A model generated the notes under the pieces. The model searched no databases and was not told the origin of the DNA. It was given only the letters and a program-made list of their open reading frames with translations. The position numbers and the translations under genes were made by a program. A stretch of DNA of 64,000 bases from Oikopleura dioica (Eukaryota > Animalia > Chordata): NCBI GenBank assembly GCA_907165135.1, contig OU015566.1, positions 7,812,001 through 7,876,000 on the forward strand. The letters run 5' to 3'. Shown here one piece after another: positions 12,201 to 23,240 of the stretch; the first letter of the stretch is position 1; each line of letters opens with the position of its first letter.

Positions 12201-15200
12201 AGAAAGATCTTGAGGAAGCCGAGAAAGCTCGTAAGATACGCGAAGAAGAGCGACAGAAAGCTGAAAAGAAAAAGAAAGAGGAGGCGGAGAAGAAAAACAA
12301 GAAGAATTGAAAAAGAAGGCTGCTGAAGAAGCAGAAGAAGCCGAAAAGAGAGCAAAAGAAGAGTCGGAAAATGCAGAAAAGCAAGATGAGCCGAAGACCG
12401 AGCCAGAAAATCCAACAGCGGAGCAGCAACCCAGTGCAACCGGGCCAAATCCAAATGCATCATTCGCTGAGATTCTCAACTCTACTGGTGACCTCGCTAA
12501 TCTGGACACAAGTGCTGGTGATATTCCTCAAGAATTCACTGAAGCTATCCAGGCTGCCTCCCAAGAAGCAGCTGCTTCTCAGGGGGCAACTTCTCAAAGT
12601 AACACTGCTCCCGCTGAAACTGATGCTACGTCCCAACCAGTCGATATTGCACCAACAACTGCTGTTTCAGCTCCGGAGACACGATCAATCAACCCCTGGC
12701 AGGAAATGGATCCCGCTATCCTCAACGAATTGCCCGAAGAAGTTCGACGTGAAGTTTACGCAAGCGTTCTAGATAATGTCCGCCGAGAAACATCGACTGC
12801 AGTGGAGTCGACTACTCTTGATCCTATCAACGAAGAGTTCTTGAATGCTTTACCTGCAAATATTCGTCACGAAGTACAAGCTGCTCATGAGCGCGTCAAC
12901 TCTGATCTGAGCGAAAGAGCCGCTCGTGTTGGAGCACAAGCGACAGCGCAGAGCTCCTCTGGGGCCACAGGTGGCGATGGTAATATCGAAGAGTGGATTC
13001 GAACACTACCTCAGGATCTCCGTCGAACCATTTTGACGGATATGGCCGAAGAAAACGTCGCCGCGCTGCCTGAAGATCTTCAAACTGAAGCTCGTACTCT
13101 TCAACAGCGAACACTTCGAGGCATCAATGCGTTGGAAAGTTACCGTCGCAGAACTATCCGTCCTTCTAATTTCACTGGCAGAGCGAATTACCTCGGTCGA
13201 TATGAATCGCGCCGTGGTACTGATTCTGACACAAGATCAAGCGAGAAAAAGACCATTCCTCATCTGTCACCAAAGTACATGATCGACGCCGAAAGTCTAT
13301 CCTGCATCCTCGCAGTACTTTTTGTCAACGACAACGGAATCCAGCAGCGAAAGCTGCACATGATTCTCAAGAATTTCGCCATGCACGGGTCGACCTGTAA
13401 CTGGCTCATCACTTCTCTGCTAGATATTATTCACAGAACGACCAACACCTCTTCAAACGCCCAAGATAAGTCTTACATTGTGCCCAATTGGCTGAGCCTC
13501 AAGCTCGAAGCCTCCCTCGGCGCCCGCCATAGTGTCTTCCAAATCAAGAATGATCAGCTCGAGATCCACCCTCAAGCTGCCTCGTACATTTGCAGATCGG
13601 TTATCGAATCGCTCACTTACCTAGCCAAGTGGAATACCAAGTTCTTCAATGCTTCACCATGCCACACTCAGTCAACGGTGCCTCCTTTCTGGGATTTATT
13701 GTTCAAGCTCGAGAAAGACAGTTCATCTGTAAGTCATCCTATCTTTATTCTTGTTCGTAACCAACTTTTGTAGAGCAATTTCGGAAAGAAAGCAGACCCT
13801 CAGTGCCAGCTACACACATCCGATAACGACGTTCAAGCCGTAAAATCCCTCGAGCAGCTGAACAAATCCGTCTTTGCCTCTCTTCTACGTATGCTCAATC
13901 ACCCTGTTATCAACGAAAGCAAGTCTCTTCTTGATAAAACTCTCACGCTCATCTCAATCGTTGCCATCGACCTTCCAGTCATCAATGGTGGCCAAGAAAA
14001 AATCTTCCAGAATGAAATTTCAAATTTGGTGAGTATTCTTGGTCGTGTTTCTTCAGAGGAAGGAACTCATGAATGCACCCAAATTTTGCTGGAATTGTCG
14101 CGATGCCACATCAGCTTTAGAATTCAAGTTCTGGACGAGCTTATCGCCGGTGCTTCAGTGTTCGGGAAGAAGCTCGAGGGACAACTCCGACAGCTTCTGA
14201 CGGAGCTGAAAGCCAAAACAAAGGAAGAGCGCGAAGCAAGCAACAAAAACGAACTCATAGTTCCAGCAATGCAGAAGCTTACCTCTAAAAACTCAATTCA
14301 AGGTAAATTTGTAACTCAAAAATATATCAATATCTCCCGTCCTAGCTTCATTCTTGCGTTTGCTCAAGATCATCGAAGAGCTTCGACGATCAGACTTTGG
14401 CAATAAATCTAGCGGATCTATGCGAGGAAGTCTCAACTGGCGAGAAAACGGCCAGCGAGGAAGTCGGTCAAGAGGGCGCGATGCATATTCTTGGCTTCAC
14501 CGCGGCATGCAAAGTTCCCGTTTCCACTTTGATGAGACCCTGAATGATGTGATTCACGGTATGTATACTCCGAATATGCTTAGAGGTTAGTCCAGGTATA
14601 ATTTGAATTCAATATTATATCTCATTTATTAACATTTATCTCGATTTTTAATATTGACTATTCAATATTCGTATCGAGCTTGATTGTGGGTGATTTTCCC
14701 GGCGCATGAGAGATGGAGTGTAATTCTCTTGATTTTGTAGCGGCCATCTCGCGGAATCGCCCCGACACTGCCGAAACGATCATTGATGTTATGGAACGTC
14801 AACTTTCAGGGCGAGGAGGAATACAAGATGTTGGCGTTTTACTCCCACGTTTCATGCGAAGCGGTAGCGGCAGTGTGACTTTGCGCGATAATGAACCTCG
14901 AAGTGGTTCGGCTAGCGGAACTCAAAGGCCTTCTACGAACGATGCGGAGGAGAGTGCGAAGAATGCGAAATTGAAGCAGGCGAAGGAAGAAAGTGAAAAA
15001 CTCAAGAAAGAAGCTGCATGCTTGAACGAGTATTTGGCGGACTTGCTCAACTTATCAGAATTGTGGCAAATTCTTTCTGACTCACTCGGTAACATCAAAC
15101 ATAAAACATTAGTTTCTTAAAATTTAGGTGAACTTGATGTCAACAAGGACAGCCACACATTCATGGTTCTCCAGCCAGCAGTCGAGGCATTCTTCATGGT

Positions 15201-16976
15201 CCATGCGACTTCAACGGAAACTGAATCTGAGAAGAAAGAGACGAAGCAAGAAATGCTCGCGCATATTGAAAAGATCGCGCCTCTTCCTGAATCTCCAGGG
15301 GAAGAGAAAGAGGATGAGTCGACTTCGGAGCAGAATAAGTACAAGAACTTGCCTCAAAATACTGTCAAGTTCTTGCAATTTGCTGAGAAACACAAGGTAT
15401 GAAAAAATAATGAGCTAAGATTTTACTCAATCTTCAGGCGGTTCTCAATCAAATTCTTCGACAATCGAGTACTCAGCTGGTCGATGGACCATTTTCTGTT
15501 CTCACGAAGCATATTCGACTGTTGGACTTCGACATCAAGCGTCGCTACTTCCGAAAAGAACTTGACAAGATCAAGGAGAATACTCCCCGAGGCGACACTG
15601 CGATCCACGTCAATCGAGAGACAATCTTCGATGACTCATTCAGAGAGCTTCACAGAAAGAAGCCGGAAGATTGGAAGGGCAAGCTCTACATTGTGTTCAA
15701 CAATGAAGAAGGGCAGGATGCTGGTGGCTTGTTGAGAGAATGGTACAATTGAAATAATTTAACTTCTTTTAAATTTATTTAGGTTCCTGGTGATTTCAAG
15801 GCAGATGTTCAACCCGAACTACGCTCTATTCGCTCAAGCGGCTAACGACCGTGTAACTTACAGAATCAACCCTTATTCTGATGTTAACCCAACTGACAAG
15901 CTGTAAGTGAATTCGAAAAGTACTCTCCCTTGACTTCATTCCTAGTTATTTCAACTTTGTTGGTCACGTGGTTGCAAAGGCGATTCTCGATAACAAGCTG
16001 CTCGAATGCTACTTCACCAGAGCATTCTACAAGCACATGTTGGGCGTTACAGTCACATACAAGGATATGGAAGCTGAAGATTTGGAACTTTACCGCTCGT
16101 TGCTGTTCCTTATCAACAATCCTGTTGCTGATCTTGGCTATGAGGTGATTCTTTCGACTGATATTTCTTTTTAACAAATTCATAGATAACCTTTTCAATG
16201 GATTTCGAACGATTTGGAAAGACGGAAACGATTGACTTGAAGGAAAACGGCAGGAACGTTCCTGTAACGGATGAGAACAAACTTGAATACGTACATCTTA
16301 TTTGCCAGGAGAAGATGGTTGGTTCGGTGAAGAATCAGGTTAGAAAAGAGCATCCTGGTAATCGTTAACTCGGTTATTTTATAGCTGCGAGCGTTCTTGG
16401 AAGGATTTTACGATATCATCCCCCGCAGATTGATATCGATCTTCGACGAGCACGAATTGGAACTGCTGATTTCTGGCCTTCCTACAATCGACATTGACGA
16501 TTTGAAGGCCAACACGGAGTACCAAAAGTACAACGCGAACTCGCTTCAAATTCAGGTATGAATTATTCAATTAGTTGAGTCCCTAAACTCTGCTTTAGTG
16601 GTTCTGGCGCGCATTGAAGAGTTTCAACCAGGAGGAACGAGCCAAGTTCCTTCAATTTGTTACTGGAACATCCAAGGTTCCGCTGCGTGGATTTGCCAAT
16701 CTTGAAGGTAATCATCGCTTCTTTTATATTCATTTTTTACAATATTTGAAAAGGTATGAACGGAACTCAAAAGTTCCAAATCCATCGAGACGAGCGGTCC
16801 ACTTCACGACTTCCATGTGCGCACACATGTTTCAATCAACTTGACCTGCCAGTGTACGAGACTTATGAAAAACTCCGTACCCAAATGCTAAAAGGTAGCT
16901 AATCTTTCCTACTTCAGACAGTAACAATCCATTTCTAGCTATTACAGAAAGTAGCGAAGGTTTTGGACTTGCGTAA
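3271..16976 (+). CDS. HUWE1: HECT E3 ubiquitin ligase HUWE1, multi-exon; interrupted by a MITE at 8421-8874 and a 1-nt frameshift near 12295
   Basis: N-terminus [13 protein letters not shown]...GKCELYHWV; UBA ([15 protein letters not shown]), UIM ([12 protein letters not shown]), WWE ([14 protein letters not shown]), UBM repeats ([16 protein letters not shown]), HECT end ([11 protein letters not shown]...EGFGLA*); many short GT-AG introns. Confidence 0.97.
8421..8874. mobile_element. hAT-type MITE (454 bp) inserted in a HUWE1 coding exon
   Basis: TIR CAGGGCTGGCAAATTAGGGTCC / GGACCCTAATTTGCCAGCCCTG; 8-bp TSD ATCTGATC at 8413-8420 and 8875-8882; removing element plus one TSD restores [11 protein letters not shown]. 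Confidence 0.93.
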
Positions 16977-17498
16977 GCACAAGCTGCTCGCTTCCTTCTC
17001 ACCCTTTTCTTCACTCCCACCACGAGACAGAACCTTCTCATATCCTGCTAGCTTTTTGCATGTTCAACTCCTACAGATAACACACGAATAAACACAGTTA
17101 TTATACAAATAAACTCAGCATTAGTTTCAACCATTCTTTTAACTTGAAAGTTTGAAACTCATATAATAACCCCTATTTTACACCCATCCTGTCCCATCTG
17201 GAGCCCGATAATTGCATAAATTATGCTGCATAACTTTCTGCCATGATGCATAAATGCTTCATAAATCATCACAAATGCTTTCGGTTTATGTTTTTTTATT
17301 CAGTAATGTTGCGATTTTTCATTGCAGCGAGGAGGTACTTGAATCCAGTTTTCATCAGTTTTTCTTGCATTTCGACTTCTTCAGTCAGATCCTAAGAATT
17401 CTTATTACATTTGTAATTGAAGGATTTTAATTTATTTTTCCCTGAAAAAAAAAAATAAAAAAAAGAAGTCCTTTTCAAACGCTCCTGTTCATGAATGA

Positions 17499-17654
17499 TT
17501 ATGGACTTACGCAAACTCGCTGAAGAAGATGGAAGATGAGAACGCCAAAGAAGCCAATGATGGCGCCAACGAAGAACATCAAGACCTGGTTAGTTCGGCT
17601 GTTGCGTTGGATCTTCTCCAAGATTTGATCTTCGTTAAAAGTTTGAATCTTCAT
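17499..17654 (-). CDS. Possible small single-pass membrane protein (partial model)
   Basis: MKIQTFNEDQILEKIQRNSRTNQVLMFFVGAIIGFFGVLIFHLLQ contains one clear hydrophobic helix. Confidence 0.3.
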   Translation of the reverse strand: MKIQTFNEDQILEKIQRNSRTNQVLMFFVGAIIGFFGVLIFHLLQRVCVSP

Positions 17655-18003
17655 AGTTTTAAATAGAGTTTTACGATATGATTTTTGGCAGTCGATCATG
17701 TCATTGATGACCGGAGACTCTAATTATTGTTGCCGAGAAAATTCACTATCATAACGTAAAACTCTGTTTTTATTCAAAAATTCTCAAATTGATCGTCTGT
17801 TCTTTCCAAGATTCGCGACTTCTGTCGTCTGGCGTTCGTTTTCCGAAAATGTTAAAGTCTTCTAGAGCTGAGATCTTTTTTTCTCGAAATTTGTGTTTCA
17901 TCTTTCTAGACCAGCTTTCTTTATTTGAAAAGACGCAAAATTGGTGGCAGTTCCAAATTCTTGAAACTCAGAACTTGAACTCAACTTGAATTTTTCTAAC
18001 GAA

Positions 18004-18645
18004 ATGGATGAGAAAGACAAAGCCCTGGTCGGTATCGTTCATCGCCGTCAGTCGAAGAAGCCTGAGCCCTTTCAGGTACGTTTCCCTCTCTTTTTACGAA
18101 TTCTCCAAGATGACTACAAGCAGAAATATGACGTTAGAGTCTTACAGTAACACTTATTTCAGGTAAAACATGCGCCTGTAAAAAAAAGAAAGCGCAAGTA
18201 TCAGCGGAAGAGCTTAGCGAACCAAACTGAGCAGCAGCCTGCACCGATCCCGCCCCCGACTAAGATTATCGTAAGTATATGCACGGTAAATTTGAAAAAA
18301 AAATCCTTTAGAAGCGAACGAAGCCTGCTGCTCCCAAAAAAATCAAACCGGAGATAATTGATCTCACGAAAGAAACACAACCATCAGAAAGAGCTCTGCG
18401 AATGGTAGTTAACGAGTTTCTGAACATGAAGACAGTGTGGAAGATGACAGTGGTTCACGTAAGTTTTACGAAATTTATGAATCAAACTCAATCATCGTTT
18501 TAGCTGCGAATCCTCATCACAATGAGATACCCCGAACTCGACGAAAAGGAGGTGCACTTCGACAAGCGGTGGAGAAAATGGGTCAAGGATGAACTCGAAG
18601 TTCGATTGAAGCGTTTCATTCCTCCTTCTGCTCATCAGGATTAAA
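18004..18645 (+). CDS. Small basic multi-exon protein of unknown function
   Basis: ATG near 18004, three GT-AG introns (donors near 18073, 18271, 18459), KKRKRKY basic stretch, C-terminus ..KRWRKWVKDELEVRLKRFIPPSAHQD*. Confidence 0.5.
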
Positions 18646-19051
18646 CTGACCATCGTTAGAACCACTGTCATAATAAAGGGCATCCGAAAAAAATCCTTGA
18701 AATTTGAAGTTGAGTCTCATCTTTCTGATTATTGAAGACTAGTCCAACGGAAGCTCATAAAAGAGTTTTCAATTAGAAAAGTAACTTTGAGGAGTTACCA
18801 ATAAAAACATTCGAAGCATAACGACTCGGAACTCCATAGTTTTTATGGCCTCATCAAATTTAGGTTGATAACTTATCGACCTAGATTTCGGCGGCGGCTC
18901 CAATCCAATTTTTCATAAGATTATCTCATTTACGATCTCCAGCTGGCGGCCAAAATCGCCATAGCAATCGGTTACGAGATGGCGCTCGAAAAATGACCCT
19001 ATAAAAAAACCTTTCTCATAAATCTTCAACCTTCGAATCCTCAGTTGAGAA

Positions 19052-20699
19052 ATGTCGTCTTTAGCCGACCTAGAGGCGAGAATAGAGAATGACGAACAGA
19101 ACCTCAACCAATTTTTCCTGCTCCTCATGGGTGCGATCGTGATGCTGATGCAATCTGGCTTTGCATTTTTGGAAGCTGGATCCGTACGAGCAAAGAATGT
19201 GGTCAACATTTTGGTCAAGAATGTCCTCGATTGCTGTAAGTACAAATCGAAGTTATAAACACTAACCGGCTTTACAGTCATCGGTGCACTTATCTACTGG
19301 GCTTTTGGATACGCCTTTGCTTACGGTGATGTTTCTGCGGACCATCCTTCTGCTGGTGCCAATAGATTCATCGGGTTCAAATACTTTTTCTCGTAAGTTC
19401 GATTCGTTATATTCTCCGTTCATGCATTAATTCAGCATCGATATTGATGATGGAACTGGCTTCTTCGCCACGTGGTTCTTCCAATTCGTCTTTGCGGCTA
19501 CTGCGGCTACGATCGTCTCTGGCGCAGTTGCTGAGCGATGCCAGTTCGGTGCTTACATGATCTACAGTACTTTCATTACAGGCTTCATCTATCCCGTCGT
19601 GACCCATTGGACTTGGTCGGGAACCGGATGGCTTCAAAATCAGCTCATCGAGAGCATGCACCGTCACACTTACGACGCTGACGGAAAACTTGTTTACGAC
19701 GTTGATAATCCCGTTGGCTTCGTTGACTTTGCCGGCTCAGCAATCGTTCACTGTACTGGCGGCATTGCCGCATTTATGGGTGCTTGGGTGATTGGCCCGC
19801 GAATTGGACGATTTGATAAGGAGGATAGCACCATGCCTGGTCATTCAACTCCTTTCGCCGCTCTCGGTGCCTTCATTCTTTTCCTCGGCTTCCTCGCTTT
19901 CAACGGTGGTTCTGAGCTTGCGATTGTTGGAGGAGACCATGCAGTCGTCGTTGCCGCCGCCTTTGTCAATACCATTATTGGCGGTGCAGCAGGAGCCATC
20001 TTCGCCGTCACTATCAACTATGTCGTTGCCTGGATCAAGGGCGAGCCTCGTTACTGGTCCCTTCTCGTCACCATCAATGGTGGACTTGCTGGAATGGTTG
20101 CCATGTGCGCCGGCTGTAATGTTCTTCACCAAGGAGCTGCTTTTGGACTTGGCGCTATGGGTGGCATCACTTTGATGTGGTTTTCGTGGGCGATGAAAAA
20201 ATTGAAAATTGATGATCCTCTTGATGCATTTGCCGTTCACTTTGGCGGTGGTATCGTTGGTATTCTCGCCACACCGGTGTTTATGAACGGTGGAGTCGTG
20301 CATTGGAAGAATTGTGCTGACCAAAAAGATGCCTACAGGTAAAACTAACTTTCATATGAAATTTCTAATTCAATTTCTAGCGCTGCTTTCCCAGCCGTGA
20401 CCAATCCTGACGCCGAAGGATACTTTTCCTGTGATCACTTTGAATACAAAGTCTTTGCCTGGAACCTCGCTGGATTCTTGGCCATCACACTTTGGGCCGG
20501 CGGCCTCTCTTTCCTCACTTTCTACTCTCTCAAACTGCTTGGCATTCTTCGAGTGCCAAAAGAAGACGAAATCAAAGGTCTTGATGTTGGCAAGCACGGT
20601 GAGCCAGCCTACCCGATTGAAGCTTACCTTGATGGTCAAATTCCCAACGTCCCAAAATTCGCCGAAGATATGGCTCTGGCGCAACGAAGAGCAGATTGA
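19052..20699 (+). CDS. AMT1: Ammonium transporter (Amt/Mep family)
   Basis: Motifs MQSGFAFLEAGSVRAKN, YPVVTHWTW, DFAGSAIVH, GFLAFNGGS, DDPLDAFAVHFGGG; three GT-AG introns. Confidence 0.95.
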
Positions 20700-21203
20700 A
20701 AATTTCAATTATACTTTCGTTGATTCCGCATGTTTCAGTAAATTAAATTGATGAATTGGAAATAAATTGAGAAATACATGAGTGCAGCGTTTTTTCATCA
20801 GTTTTGCGGCTGAAAACTTAATCTTGCGTCCAAGTTTATTGTTATGCAAGCTTCTGTACAGGATTGAATCTTTAAAAAGCAATATTGCCGCTCTCCTTGA
20901 GAAAGTCCTTCTAATTAGTTGCTGAGATTTCATTGCTTTTACTCGAACTAGAGAGAAAAATGGCCTTTTTACGCCTTTCTGTTATTCAGCCTTCTTTTTA
21001 AATGCATTTTATAGTAAGAATATTTATAAGTAATATTGAAAAACTCATTTTATTTTTAACTTTAGTTGAACTTTTGACCTTAGACCCCCACATCTATTCA
21101 TTAATGTGAATTATGCATTTGAATTCTGAATCGTTATATTATGATCACAGGCGTAATTTAATATTCTAACTCCGATAATTAATTCTCGCTTCCTCGCCTG
21201 GCG

Positions 21204-21355
21204 TATAAAATCAGGCGTTAGCCTAATTAATATATATTTTCGAGGACAAGAAAAAGATATGCCGATGCTGCTATTTGGGAAATTTCGAAAATTGATCTGG
21301 AGTGGGCAGTCGCATGAGAGAGGGCCAAATTATGGAAAAGAACTCACTTCACGTG
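21204..21355 (+). promoter_or_regulatory. TATA box plus candidate alternative first coding exon (21259-21355) of the K2P gene
   Basis: TATAAAA at 21204; 97-nt ATG exon ending at a GTAAG donor (phase 1), in frame with the acceptor before 23241. Confidence 0.45.
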
Positions 21356-22040
21356 GTAAGAACTTATTATTCGGTAACTCAGTTTGGCAGAGGATAAGTT
21401 TATTGACCAATGCTAATTATAGCCTATTAGCCTCATGATAACCTTATTTGTGCACGCATTGTTCTCAGAAGAGGTTCAAAACCTCGAAATTATACAACCA
21501 ATACTCATCGTAGGAAGAAAGAGACAGAGAGTTAAATATGCGAGCTTTATTACGAAAAGATTCCATTGGCATTCGCAGATTGTCAACTTGGGGCATTCAA
21601 GCAGTAAAAAGTATGTAAGACAAGACCATAAGGAGACAATATTTTTATTTATGGCCGAAGTCATTCTAACTGTCGATTGGCTTTTTACAATTCTTTTTAT
21701 CATTATTGTTGTCTTTCTCAGACAAAAATCAACGGATTTTAAGTGCCTGATGGCAACAAAATATCGAAAGAAATGTCGTCTGCTTTATGTATAACGGTTT
21801 TAATGTAAATTCAAAAAGGCAGAAGGGCAGATCTCAGAACCGGCCCGATACTCGCCACTTTATTCTCTAAGAGGCCTCTTTTTTTCAAATGAAAAATTAA
21901 CCGCAAGAAAAGAACTGCCATGACTTAATTATCTTTTGCAAACAAAATGTTTATACGTATGTGTATGTTCAATTTCTGCGGTTTTTGGCCTCCGATAAAG
22001 TTCGCGGTTTCAGCCAGTCAATTTATTTGGTGGTTGCGAG

Positions 22041-22116
22041 TATAAAAACTCTTTTTTTTTTAATTTTTTTGCTGAGAGGAGTACTGAAGAAAAGAGGATG
22101 ATTGAGCTTGAAGGAG
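22041..22116 (+). promoter_or_regulatory. TATA box plus second candidate alternative first exon (22098-22116, MIELEG) of the K2P gene
   Basis: TATAAAAA at 22041; 19-nt ATG exon ending at a GTAAAA donor (phase 1), in frame with the same acceptor. Confidence 0.45.
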
Positions 22117-23240
22117 GTAAAATGAGCTAACCAATAAAATAAATCAACAAGCACCAAGCAAAAACGCAGCGTTTTGCCGTAGCCGGACAATCTGTCACTC
22201 AGTCAGAATATGCTGCATAATCATTTATTTACAAAATATTTATGAGGCTTTCATTGAAAGTGGAACCCTCTCTGTATTTCTGTGACCAATAATCATTTTT
22301 TACCAAAAAAATCTTTTGTATTTTTCGACTTGAGAGAGCGGGTTTAAGTTTACTATCTTTCTGCTCATTGAGTTTGAATTTTTAATGGGCTCAATACTGT
22401 CGCTCCCGGAGATACTCCCGGATGATAGTATGAGCTTGTTCTGTGACATTCTCTGAATAGAAAATAATTTAATTTTTGAAAAACCCTATTTGAAAAAAAT
22501 GGTGAAAGCGGAGATTTACAACAATGTTATTATCACCAAGGACCAGTCTTGAAATTTTTGATTCGTTCATCGAAATCAAGGAAGAGTCGATTTTCGAACT
22601 GAAAGGCAGCCACTAGAGTTGGCTCAAGAAGCCGCAAATATGCAAAAGAAACAGAGGCCAGCAAAAAGCAAGTGTATTTAATATTAATATTCATGCAATT
22701 CTATTCCTTGATTTTAAAGATCAAACATCTTGGTTCATCAGCTGACTCAATTTCTTGACGTTTCAAAAACTTGAAGCTCAAAAACTTCCTTTTTTGATAA
22801 AAGAGACTTGGTCAAAAGCTTATTATATTAGAGATAATTTGTTAATAATTATCCAAAAGGATAGCAGACGGTATGACAAGAATTTTCAATCAGATTTCTT
22901 CATATAAAATCATTGACACTTCGAAGTATCAAGATTGTCTCCTCTACCTGTTCACGAGTTAAAATTCATTTGAACTGAAAATTTAATCAAGGAACAGACT
23001 ACAGTGTATTACTTTTCCGAACAGAATGTCCTCAGATGCTTTAATTATTTTTTCTCAATTTACTTCCCCAAGTCCGCTAGTCAAAGAAACGCTTTTGCAT
23101 AAACAATCGCATAATATTTTCGCTTTTTCGCTTCATTTTTCCATCAAAAGAATTTATTCGCATTAATTTGCAACTAATCAGAAACTGGGCTAATTGATTC
23201 GAAGAAGAAAGAGAGAGAAGGAAAATGACTTTTGTTTTAG

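Noticed and set aside
12290-12310. -1 frameshift in HUWE1 at G_AAA_AAC, resembling a slippery site
   Set aside because: One extra A in the A5 run (12293-12297) restores the frame and no stimulatory structure is evident. Similar single-base slips occur in other genes here, so a consensus error is the simpler explanation; check raw reads.
4276-12509. Many short antisense or alternative-frame ORFs overlapping HUWE1
   Set aside because: Expected shadows of a long coding region; none has a recognisable domain.
17210-17270. Cluster of (G/T)CATAA motifs
   Set aside because: Short motifs in AT-rich intergenic DNA; a regulatory role cannot be supported from sequence alone.
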